The notes under the pieces: model-generated
Database searches by the model: none
Told to the model about the DNA's origin: nothing
Seen by the model: only the letters and a program-made list of their open reading frames with translations
Part shown: positions 55,878 to 64,000 of the stretch, piece after piece
How the letters are laid out: every line of letters begins with the position of its first letter
Position numbering within the stretch: the stretch's first letter is position 1
Position numbers and translations under genes: made by a program
Origin: an uncultured Actinomycetes bacterium
Lineage (GTDB): Bacteria > Actinomycetota > Acidimicrobiia > IMCC26256 > DASPTH01
Direction of reading: 5' to 3'
DNA: 64,000 nucleotides
Assembly (NCBI GenBank): GCA_963815405.1
Contig: CAWFGR010000006.1
Location: 10,158 to 74,157 of the forward strand

Positions 55878-56175
55878 TCAGCTCCCGAAGATCTCGATGC
55901 GGTCGCCCTCGGCGAGGGAGACGAAGGCGCGACGGGTCTCGGCGCGGCCGACTCCACGCGCCCGACCGGCGGTTGCGCTTGCGCTTGCCCTTCCGAGTCA
56001 CGGTGTTCACGTTGGTGACCTTCACGTTGAAGATCTCCTCGACGGCCCGCCGGATCTCGATCTTGTTGGCGCCATCGGCCACCACGAACGTGTAGACGTT
56101 GCTGTCGATCGCGGCGTACGACTTCTCCGAAACCACGGGCCGGAGGATCACGTCGCGAGGATTGCGAGCGCTCAC
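55878..56175 (-). CDS. rplW: 50S ribosomal protein L23, frameshifted near the C-terminus
   Basis: [34 protein letters not shown]. Confidence 0.94.
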
Positions 56176-56840
56176 CGGGCGACCTCCTCGGCCGGCGCGC
56201 CAGAGAAGCGTGCGATCACCGCATCGAGGGATGGCCGGCTGAACACCAACCAGTCGTTGACGAGCACGTCGTAGGTGTTGAGCTCCTCCGGGAGCACGAT
56301 CTGCACGCGGTCGCCGAGGTTGCGGAACGAGCGCCAGACCGCCTCTTCGTCGCGATCGAGCACGAGCAGCACACGGTCCTCGCGCTCGCCCTTCGTGCGC
56401 AGCCCGAGCGATGCGAGCACCTCGAGCGCGCGCTTCGTGCGTGGAGCTTCGATCCCCCACTCGCCGATGACCACGACCTTGCCGGCAGCCGCGCGGTCGG
56501 ACAGCGCGGAGCGCAGGGCAAGGCGGATCATCTTCTTCGGGGTGCGCTGCGTGTAGTCGCGCGGCTTCGGCCCGTGGGCGACGCCGCCACCGCGCCAGTG
56601 CGGCGCACGCGTCGACCCTTGGCGGGCGCGGCCGGTGCCCTTCTGGCGCCACGGCTTGGCGCCGCCGCCCGCAACCTCGGCACGGGTCTTGGTGCTGTGG
56701 GTCCCGGAGCGCGCCGCGGCAAGCTGCGCGGTCACGACCTGGTGCATCACCGCGACGTTCGGCTCGATGCCGAAGAGCTCGTCGGGCACGTGCACGTCGC
56801 CCGCGGCGTCGCCGCCCGGGGTCTTGACCGAGAGGTTCAT
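56172..56840 (-). CDS. rplD: 50S ribosomal protein L4
   Basis: [41 protein letters not shown]. Confidence 0.98.
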   Translation of the reverse strand: MNLSVKTPGGDAAGDVHVPDELFGIEPNVAVMHQVVTAQLAAARSGTHSTKTRAEVAGGGAKPWRQKGTGRARQGSTRAPHWRGGGVAHGPKPRDYTQRTPKKMIRLALRSALSDRAAAGKVVVIGEWGIEAPRTKRALEVLASLGLRTKGEREDRVLLVLDRDEEAVWRSFRNLGDRVQIVLPEELNTYDVLVNDWLVFSRPSLDAVIARFSGAPAEEVAR

Positions 56841-57505
56841 GTGGCACCAGCCGTCCGCGCGCTCCGTGAGGGCGCCTTCGACGAATTGCGCAGGAACACG
56901 ACGCTGCCGTTGGGCCCGGGCACCGAGCCCTTGACGAGGATCAAGCCGCGCTCGGCATCGCCGGACACGATCTCGAGGTTCTGGGTGGTGATCCGGGCGT
57001 TGCCGTATTGGCCCGCCATGCGCATGCCCTTGAAGACGCGGGCCGGCGTCGCGCAGGCGCCGATCGAACCAGGGGCGCGGTGCTTCTTGTGGTTGCCGTG
57101 GCTCGCGCCCTGGCCTTTGAAGTTGTGTCGCTGCATGACCCCGGCGAAGCCCTTGCCCTTGCTGATCCCGGTGATGTCGACCCGCTCACCGGCTTCGAAG
57201 AGATCCGCCGCGATCAGCTGTCCCACCTCGAAGCCGCTGAGGTCGTCGACCCGCAACTCCGCGAGGTGCCGCGCGGCCGGCGCATCAGCCTTCTTCAAGT
57301 GGCCGAGCTCGGGCTTCGAGAGCCGCGACGCCTTGGTCTCCCCGAAGGACAGCTGGACCGCGCTGTAGCCGTCACGCTCCGGCGTCTTCAGCTGGACGAC
57401 GCGGCACGGCCCGGCCTGGATCACCGTCACCGGGACGACCCGGTGGTCGGAATCCCAGACCTGGGTCATGCCGATCTTCCGACCGAGAATTCCCTTGGCT
57501 GGCAT
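56837..57505 (-). CDS. rplC: 50S ribosomal protein L3
   Basis: [30 protein letters not shown]. Confidence 0.98.
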   Translation of the reverse strand: MPAKGILGRKIGMTQVWDSDHRVVPVTVIQAGPCRVVQLKTPERDGYSAVQLSFGETKASRLSKPELGHLKKADAPAARHLAELRVDDLSGFEVGQLIAADLFEAGERVDITGISKGKGFAGVMQRHNFKGQGASHGNHKKHRAPGSIGACATPARVFKGMRMAGQYGNARITTQNLEIVSGDAERGLILVKGSVPGPNGSVVFLRNSSKAPSRSARTAGAT

Positions 57506-57675
57506 GCTCTCTCTCGCTTCACGCGAACGCTCCGCCCGGTGGATCCCGGCGGAGCGTCGATCGGTTGTGCTGCGTGGTGCTGCAGCCGCGGGGCGCAGCC
57601 TGCGCAGACGTCAGTTGGCAGACGGATGACGGACGGAGACGCCGAGGCCTGGATGGCCGATCGGCAAGCCAGGAA

Positions 57676-57705
57676 AGATTAGCGGGTGGCCACCGGCCGC
57701 GCCAA
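57676..57705 (-). promoter_or_regulatory. Sigma70-type promoter for the rplC operon
   Basis: Minus strand TTGGCG-N18-TAATCT, about 170 nt upstream of rplC. Confidence 0.6.
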
Positions 57706-57734
57706 GCGGACGGATGCAGGACACGGGAGGGATC

Positions 57735-58256
57735 GTGCAGCGCTGGGTGGTGCTCCTTCGAGGGATCAATGTCGGTGGGCGACGCTCGCTGCCCATGGCC
57801 CGCGTCCGGGAGGTGCTGACCGACGCCGGCTGCGCCGACGTCACGACGTACCTCCAGAGCGGCAACGCGGTCTGCCGGGATGCCAGGACCGAAGCGGTGC
57901 TCCGCACCGAGTTGGAGCGGAGGCTGGCCGCTGCGGCCGGATTCGAGGTCGCCGTGGTCCTGCGCACTGCGGCCCAGATCCGCTCGACGGTGCGCGCGAA
58001 CCCCTTCGCCGGTCGTGACCCCGCGACCCTGCACGTCGCCTTCTTCCAGGGAAGGCCGGAGCGCAGCGGGCTCGAACGCCTGCCGACCGGCGACTCGAGC
58101 GGGGAGGAATGGCGGATCGTCCGGCGCGACCTCTACCTCTCCCTCCCGAACGGCGTCGGTCGGGCGAAGCTGCCCCAGCAACTGTCCCGGATCGGGACGC
58201 CGGCAACCGTGCGGAGCTGGCGGACGGTCACCCAGCTCGTCGCGCGGTCCGCGTGA
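57735..58256 (+). CDS. DUF1697 family protein
   Basis: LLRGINVGG..TYLQSGN..NPF..T.RSWRT. Confidence 0.88.
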   Translation: MQRWVVLLRGINVGGRRSLPMARVREVLTDAGCADVTTYLQSGNAVCRDARTEAVLRTELERRLAAAAGFEVAVVLRTAAQIRSTVRANPFAGRDPATLHVAFFQGRPERSGLERLPTGDSSGEEWRIVRRDLYLSLPNGVGRAKLPQQLSRIGTPATVRSWRTVTQLVARSA

Positions 58257-58278
58257 GCGTCGGCGCGCCGGCGACCGG

Positions 58279-59725
58279 TCAGTGACCCGGCGCGGCAAAG
58301 GGCCGCGTCGCAGGAGGCGGAGCCGCCGACCGGTCCGCACCCACGCCCACGGGCGGCGTCTCGAGCCGGCCGCGCAGGAACGCCACCGCGATCACGGCGC
58401 CGACCGCGAACATCGCGGCGGCAACCAGGAATGCGAGCCGGAAACGGTCCGAGCCGCTGCTCGCCAGGATGCTGCCGAGCACGGCGATCCCGAACGCCGC
58501 TCCGCACTGGCGAGACGAATTGATCATGCCGCCCGCGAGCCCGACCTGCTCCGCGGGAACGCCGACCGAGACCGCCGCCATCGACGCGGGAACCGTCAAG
58601 GCAGTGCCGGCCCCCAGCACCGCCAGCGCGACCGCGATGATCCAGAACGGGGCACCCGAGGTCGCCGCGAACGCCATCATTGCGGCGCCGACCGCGCTGA
58701 TGCACATCCCCGTCGTCATCGGCGCCCGCGGACCGGAGCGCGCCGTCCACCGCCCCGCGAGCAGCGTCCCGGGGACCCCCACGGCATTGAGCGGCATGAA
58801 GGCGAGGCCCGACGTCAGCGGCGAGAAGTCTCGGACGTCCTGGAGAAAGAGCGACAGGGCGAAGAGGACGCCGATGGTGGAGAACATGCTCGCCGTCGAC
58901 ACCAACGTCGCCGTTGCGACGCGCGGTCGTTGCAACAGGCCCAGGGGAAGCATCGGCTCGGCACTCCGGCGCTCGACCGCGACGAACGCCGCGCCGGTCA
59001 CCAGCCCGCACACGAGCGCGACCAGAACGAGGGCCGAGCCCCATCCCAGGTGTCCGGACTCGATGAGCGCCAGCGTCAGCAAGCCGACGGCGCCGATCAC
59101 GAGGACCTGGCCGGGAAGGTCGACCTTCCGCTCGCGCCGAACGGGCGTCTCGCCAATGGTGCGCCAGCCAAAGGCGAAGCACACCATGACGACCGGGACG
59201 TTGATCCAGAAGATGCTCTGCCAACCAAGCGCCGCGGTGAGGACCCCGCCGATGGCCGGTCCGGTGAGGCCGGCGATGCTCCCCGCCGCGCTCCAGACGC
59301 CCAGCGCGCGTGTGCGGCGTACCGGGTCGCGGTACGTGCTGGCGACCAGGCCGAACGACGACGGCAGCAGGATCGCGGCTCCGCATCCCTGGAGGACGCG
59401 CGCCGCGATCAGCACCGTGAGGCTCGGCGCGAGGCTGCACAACGGCGAGGCGACGCCGAAGAGCGCCATCCCACCGAGGAACACGCGCCGCTGGCCCAGC
59501 CGATCACCGAGCGCACCCGCGGTGAGCAGCAGACTGGCGTACGCGACGGTGTAGCCGTCGATGACCCACTGCAGCCCGGAGAGCGGCCCGCCGAGATCGC
59601 GGTGGATGCTCGGCAGCGCGACGTTGACCGCGAGCAGGTCCAGCGCGATGACAGAGAAGCCGAGGCAGATCGCCGTGAACGCGAAGCGTTCCTGCCAGCG
59701 CGAACAGGGAACGGGGCTCCGGCAC
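58279..59725 (-). CDS. MFS transporter, DHA2 (EmrB/QacA-like), probable indel near the start
   Basis: VNVALPSI, LQWVIDGY, GDRLGQRR, ARVLQG, WQSIFWINVP; -10 TAGGTT lies 6 nt before GTG 59725. Confidence 0.88.
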
Positions 59726-59839
59726 CCGGCGAACCTAGGCCTCAGCGACGAGCGACGCTTGCTCTGAGCGTCGGTTCTCCCACGGAAAGAATCTCGGGGT
59801 TTGACTGAGCGTTTCGGCCTTCCCGTGCGTCTCAGGACC

Positions 59840-60872
59840 ATGCGGCAGGATGCCGGAGCCGTGGGCGGCTTCGAGGACTTTGGTGGCGAGACGTGGCCAC
59901 GCTTGGCAGCGACCCTGGGATTCTTCTGTCACGACGCGGGCGTCGGCCAGGAGCTGGCGCAGGAGACGCTCGCTCGTGTCTGGGCGCGCTGGGACCACGT
60001 CGGTGAACTGACGTCCCCCGAAGCGTGGGCCTATCGAGTCGGCCTGAATCTCGCCCGCTCGCGCTTTCGCAGGACGCGCGCCGAACACCGCGCCCTTCGA
60101 CGATTGAATCGGTCCGAGGCAACCGCCGCGGATCCTGCGGACGCACTCGCGGTACGGGCCGCCGTCGGGGATCTCCAAGAGCGAAGTCAGCCGCATCTGT
60201 GGTGAGCTCGACGAGTCCCTCGGGGCGTTCCGGGACCGGCCTCTCGATCATGTCGAGTTCCCGTATGTGTTCTTGGACGCCACCTACGTCAAGGCCCGGG
60301 CCGGCGGTCGGATCGTGTCGAAGGCGGTGATAGTGGCCACCGGCGTGACTCGCAGCGGTGACCGTGAAGTCCTCGGTGTCGAAGTTGGCGACTCAGAAGA
60401 CGGCGCGTTCTGGATCGCGTTCCTCCGCGGCTTGCGAGCCCGGGGACTGACCGGGGTGGCGCTGGTGATTTCCGACGCGCACCTCGGCCTACGCGGAAGC
60501 GATCAGCGCGGTGATGCTCGGAGCAACCTGGCAGCGATGCAAGGTGCATCTCGCCCGCAACGTGTTGGCGAAAGTCCCGAAGGGATCGGCGGACATGGTC
60601 GCCGCTGCGATGCGTACCATCTATGCGCAGCCAGACGCAGCTCACGTGTTCGAGCAGTTCGACGAGATCGTGGCCATGCTCACCCAGTTGCCGCGCTTCC
60701 CGAGCGCCAACGCGCGGCAGTCGTCCTGCGCTACTTCGCCGATCTGCCGGTCGCCAGCGTTGCCGAAGCGCTGGGATGCGCTGAGGGCACGGTCAGGTCG
60801 TTGACGAGTCAACCCATCGACCGATTGAGACAGACCCTCGACGTCGAACCCGTGAGTGAGGACGCCCGATGA
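59840..60872 (+). pseudogene. ECF (SigE-family) sigma factor interrupted by an IS256 fragment
   Basis: Region 2 'ELAQETLARVWARW..PEAWAYRVGLNLARSR' (59840-60167) and region 4 'ALPERQRAAVVLRYFADLPV..AEALGCAEGTVRS' (60691-60872) flank the insert. Confidence 0.85.
60168..60690 (+). mobile_element. Internal fragment of an IS256-family transposase (no ends)
   Basis: GISKSEVSRIC..FPYVFLDATY..GDREVLG..LVISDAH.GL..WQRCKVH..RTIYAQPD; N-terminus, C-terminus and terminal IRs absent. Confidence 0.9.
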
Positions 60873-61639
60873 CCGACATCGAACAAGTACTCCGCGATGC
60901 CGCCCCACCGTCCGGTGAGCTCGGCCTGGAGCGCGTCTATCGGGAAGGCCGTCGCCGCCAGCAACGCCCAGCGATCATCGCCGGGGCGATCGCCACCCTC
61001 GCCGCAATCGCAGTCGTCTCGGTCGTGGCGACAACTCGGCACGAGCGCGCGAACGCCCCTGTCACCGCGCCGCCGACCACCCAACTGCAGGTCACCGTCC
61101 CGTCGACAACGGCTCCGACGACGACCATCCCGCCCGTTACGACGATTCCTGCACCGGGAGAGAACCAACTGTCGCGTGCTTCCCGCCTCGGCTACGCGGG
61201 GCTCGGACCCGTCAAGCTCGGGATGACCCTCACCGAGGCCTCCGAGGCCGCGGGCACACCGATAGCCCATCACGGACCGCAGGCGTGCAATCCCCAGGGC
61301 ACCGCGTATGCCGACGAGATCTGGACAGGCACCCCCACGGGAACATTCGTCGTGTTCGGGGTCGGATTGGACGATCGGATCGTCACGATCCGCGTCTTCG
61401 ACCCCGCGATCTCCACGCTCTCCGGCATCCACATCGGAAGTACCGAAGCCGATGTGCTCAGCACCTATCCGAACGGCCAAGTCGGGAAGGGCATTTACGG
61501 CAACCGGGTCGTGCGCATCACCAATGCCGAGGGACGTGAAATCGTCTTCTTCCAGGAGACGTACGACACCCCTGGCACCGTTGGCGGCATCACGCTCGCA
61601 ATGAACCGGGCGGCCGAGGAGGAAGCCGGAAGCTGCTGA
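60869..61639 (+). CDS. Membrane-anchored exported protein, probable anti-sigma partner
   Basis: ATGA-coupled to the sigma gene; short cytoplasmic N-terminus, RRRQQR, TM helix, Thr/Pro linker, extracellular domain (GLGPVKLGMT..GIHIGST). Confidence 0.75.
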   Translation: MTDIEQVLRDAAPPSGELGLERVYREGRRRQQRPAIIAGAIATLAAIAVVSVVATTRHERANAPVTAPPTTQLQVTVPSTTAPTTTIPPVTTIPAPGENQLSRASRLGYAGLGPVKLGMTLTEASEAAGTPIAHHGPQACNPQGTAYADEIWTGTPTGTFVVFGVGLDDRIVTIRVFDPAISTLSGIHIGSTEADVLSTYPNGQVGKGIYGNRVVRITNAEGREIVFFQETYDTPGTVGGITLAMNRAAEEEAGSC

Positions 61640-61727
61640 GGTCGTCGGGGAACGCCGAAGAGCGACTGGAGGGGCGAGCGCAGCGAGACCCGATTGGAGC
61701 GATGAGGTGTTCCCCGACAACCTCAGC
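61635..61727. repeat. 93-bp REP/MITE-like element with 22-bp imperfect terminal inverted repeats
   Basis: GCTGAGGTCGTCGGGGAACGCC (61635-61656) versus GGTGTTCCCCGACAACCTCAGC (61706-61727), 20/22 complementary; internal GAGCGCAGCGAG. Confidence 0.7.
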
Positions 61728-61750
61728 CGCGGTCGAGCAAGGATGCACGC

Positions 61751-61788
61751 GCAGGTCGGCCCCGCTCCGAGGAGCGGGGCCGACCTGC
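61751..61788 (-). terminator. Perfect 18-bp hairpin downstream of rpsJ
   Basis: GCAGGTCGGCCCCGCTCC-ga-GGAGCGGGGCCGACCTGC, between convergent genes; no U-tract. Confidence 0.7.
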
Positions 61789-61805
61789 AGGAACACCCGT
61801 GGTGG

Positions 61806-62132
61806 CTAGACCTGCTGGATCTTGATCTCGATGTCGACGCCGGCCGGGAGGTCGAGGCGCTGCAGCGACTCGACCGTCTTGCTCGTAGGCTCGACGATGT
61901 CGAGCAAACGCTTGTGGATGCGCATCTCGAAGTGCTCGCGCGAGTCCTTGTCGACGTGGGGCGACCGCACGACGCAGTAGCGCCGGATCTCGGTCGGGAG
62001 CGGCACCGGGCCGCGAACCTTCGCCTGGGTGCGCACGACCGTCTCGACGATCTTCTTCGTCGACTGGTCGATGATCTCGTGGTCGTAGGCCTTGAGCCGG
62101 ATCCGGATCTTCTGACCCTTGGAATCAGCCAT
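61806..62132 (-). CDS. rpsJ: 30S ribosomal protein S10 (NusE)
   Basis: [44 protein letters not shown]. Confidence 0.98.
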   Translation of the reverse strand: MADSKGQKIRIRLKAYDHEIIDQSTKKIVETVVRTQAKVRGPVPLPTEIRRYCVVRSPHVDKDSREHFEMRIHKRLLDIVEPTSKTVESLQRLDLPAGVDIEIKIQQV

Positions 62133-62169
62133 CGTGGGTGCTCGTCGTCTCCGAAGCCGGCTCTGCGCG

Positions 62170-63360
62170 CTACTTGATGATGCTCACGACGCGGCCGGCG
62201 CCGACGGTGCGACCACCTTCACGGATGGCGAACCGGAGACCTTCCTCCATGGCGATCGGCTTCTGCAGCTCGACCGTCATCTCGGTGTTGTCGCCGGGCA
62301 TCACCATCTCCACGCCATCGGGCAGCGTGATGCTGCCGGTGACGTCGGTGGTGCGGAAGTAGAACTGCGGGTGGTAGTTCGCGAAGAACGGCGTGTGCCG
62401 GCCACCTTCGTCCTTGGTCAGGATGTACACCTGCGCCGTGAACTGGGTGTGCGGGGTGATCGAGCCAGGCTTCGAGAGCACCTGACCGCGCTCGACCTCT
62501 TCCTTCTTCGTTCCACGCAGCAAGGCACCGATGTTGTCGCCCGCGCGGCCCTCGTCGAGGAGCTTGCGGAACATCTCGACGCCGGTGCAGGTCGTCTTCG
62601 ACGTCGTACGCAGACCGACGATCTCGATCTCCTCGCCGACCTTGACGATCCCGCGCTCGACCCGGCCGGTGACGACGGTGCCACGACCGGTGATCGTGAA
62701 CACGTCCTCGATCGGCATCAGGAACGGCTTGTCGATGTCGCGCGGCGGCTCGGTGATGAAGGTGTCGACCGCGTCCATGAGCTCGAGGATCTTCGGCGTC
62801 CACTCGGGGTCGCCCTCGAGTGCCTTGAGCGCGGACACCCGAACGATCGGCGTGTCGTCGCCGGGGAACTCGTACTCGTTGAGGAGCTCACGCACCTCGA
62901 GCTCGACGAGCTCGAGGATCTCCTCGTCGTCGACCATGTCGGCCTTGTTGAGCGCGACGACGATCGACGGTACACCGACCTGGCGCGCGAGCAGCACGTG
63001 CTCACGCGTCTGCGGCATCGGACCGTCCGTCGCGGCAACTACGAGGATCGCACCGTCCATCTGCGCCGCGCCGGTGATCATGTTCTTGATGTAGTCGGCG
63101 TGGCCGGGGCAGTCGACGTGCGCGTAGTGGCGATTGTCGGTCTGGTACTCGACGTGCGCGATCGAGATCGTGATGCCGCGCGCCTTCTCCTCGGGGGCCT
63201 TGTCGATCTGGTCGAAGGCCGAGAAGGAGTTGTTGGCCGGGTCCTTGTCGTGCAGGACCTTCGTGATCGCGGCCGTGAGCGTGGTCTTCCCATGGTCGAT
63301 GTGACCGATGGTGCCGATGTTGAGGTGCGGCTTGGTCCGCTCGAACTTCGCCTTGGCCAT
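62170..63360 (-). CDS. tuf: Elongation factor Tu
   Basis: [34 protein letters not shown]. Confidence 0.99.
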   Translation of the reverse strand: MAKAKFERTKPHLNIGTIGHIDHGKTTLTAAITKVLHDKDPANNSFSAFDQIDKAPEEKARGITISIAHVEYQTDNRHYAHVDCPGHADYIKNMITGAAQMDGAILVVAATDGPMPQTREHVLLARQVGVPSIVVALNKADMVDDEEILELVELEVRELLNEYEFPGDDTPIVRVSALKALEGDPEWTPKILELMDAVDTFITEPPRDIDKPFLMPIEDVFTITGRGTVVTGRVERGIVKVGEEIEIVGLRTTSKTTCTGVEMFRKLLDEGRAGDNIGALLRGTKKEEVERGQVLSKPGSITPHTQFTAQVYILTKDEGGRHTPFFANYHPQFYFRTTDVTGSITLPDGVEMVMPGDNTEMTVELQKPIAMEEGLRFAIREGGRTVGAGRVVSIIK

Positions 63361-63443
63361 GGGTCGTTCCCCTACTCCTGATCCTTCGGGCTTGACTGAT
63401 CTCGGGTGTGGCTGCTTCGGGTGTGTGCTCGCGTCCGCCTGCG

Positions 63444-64000
63444 CTACTCGCCACGCACGCGTGCGACGATCTCGGCAGCGATCGACTCGGGCACCTGCTG
63501 GTAGGAGTCGAACTGCATCGTGTATGTCGCGCGACCTTGGGTCCGCGAACGGAGGTCCGTAGCGTAGCCGAACATTTCGGCCAACGGCACTTGAGCCTGG
63601 ACGACGTGCGCGCCGCCCCGCTGCTCCATCCCCTCCACCCGACCGCGCCGGGAGGACAGGTCGCCGATCACGTCTCCCATGAAGTCGTCGGGCGTCACCA
63701 CCTCGACCTGCATGATGGGCTCCAACAGCACCGGCTTGGCGCGTCGGGCCGCTTCCTTGAAGGCCATCGAGCCGGCGATCTTGAACGCCATCTCGCTCGA
63801 GTCGACGTCGTGATAGGAGCCGAAGGTCAGGATGGCCCGCATGTCGACCATCGCGTACCCGGCGACGACGCCGCCCTGCATGGCCTCTTGGATCCCGGCG
63901 TCGACCGCAGGGATGTACTCGCGTGGGATGACGCCGCCGCTGATCTTGTCGACGAACTCGTAGCCGCCGCCGGGGCCGGTCGGCTCGAGCGAGATGACCA
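63444..64000 (-). CDS. fusA: Elongation factor G (3' part)
   Basis: [37 protein letters not shown]. Confidence 0.98.
   Translation of the reverse strand, partial: VISLEPTGPGGGYEFVDKISGGVIPREYIPAVDAGIQEAMQGGVVAGYAMVDMRAILTFGSYHDVDSSEMAFKIAGSMAFKEAARRAKPVLLEPIMQVEVVTPDDFMGDVIGDLSSRRGRVEGMEQRGGAHVVQAQVPLAEMFGYATDLRSRTQGRATYTMQFDSYQQVPESIAAEIVARVRGE

Noticed and set aside
60168-60690. Intein- or intron-like in-frame insertion in the sigma gene
   Set aside because: The sigma frame hits a stop at 60203-60205; no intein or group I/II intron motifs were seen; the insert is recognisably IS256 transposase.

Overview
High-GC (roughly 70%) actinobacterial chromosome segment. Gene content (long-form GlmS, GuaB3, DUF222-HNH, SigE-family sigma) suggests Acidimicrobiia. 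It looks like an error-prone long-read/metagenomic consensus: many genes are broken by single-base indels, most densely at ~41.6-53.7 kb. Most of the window is core genome on the minus strand: fusA(3')-tuf-rpsJ, the rplC..rplQ ribosomal superoperon, truA, rplM-rpsI-glmM-glmS-acpS-nnr, tsaE-tsaB-rimI-tsaD, groES, guaB3-guaA, aldolase, pcrA, sucCD, purN-purH-folD, icd and mdh. Accessory genes are interspersed: an HTH/nucleotidyltransferase pair, a Mo-bisPGD oxidoreductase, a P450, a DUF222-HNH gene, MmgE/PrpD plus VIT1, and a ~4.3 kb block splitting rpsJ from rplC. Clear cis-elements are a perfect CIRCE before an orphan groES, a LexA box in the pcrA promoter and many leaderless -10 boxes. Most notable observations: (i) a DUF222-HNH gene with a PafBC-like promoter and an rRNA-type boxA-like motif just after its stop; (ii) an ECF sigma gene split by an end-less internal IS256 fragment; (iii) a ~1140-aa GlmS with large extra domains; (iv) a 23-aa mini-ORF duplicating the S3 tail between rpsC and rplP; (v) a dedicated promoter and structured leader for rplC. 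No tRNA, rRNA or CRISPR array was seen. I cannot claim a proven new system; the candidates are ranked below.
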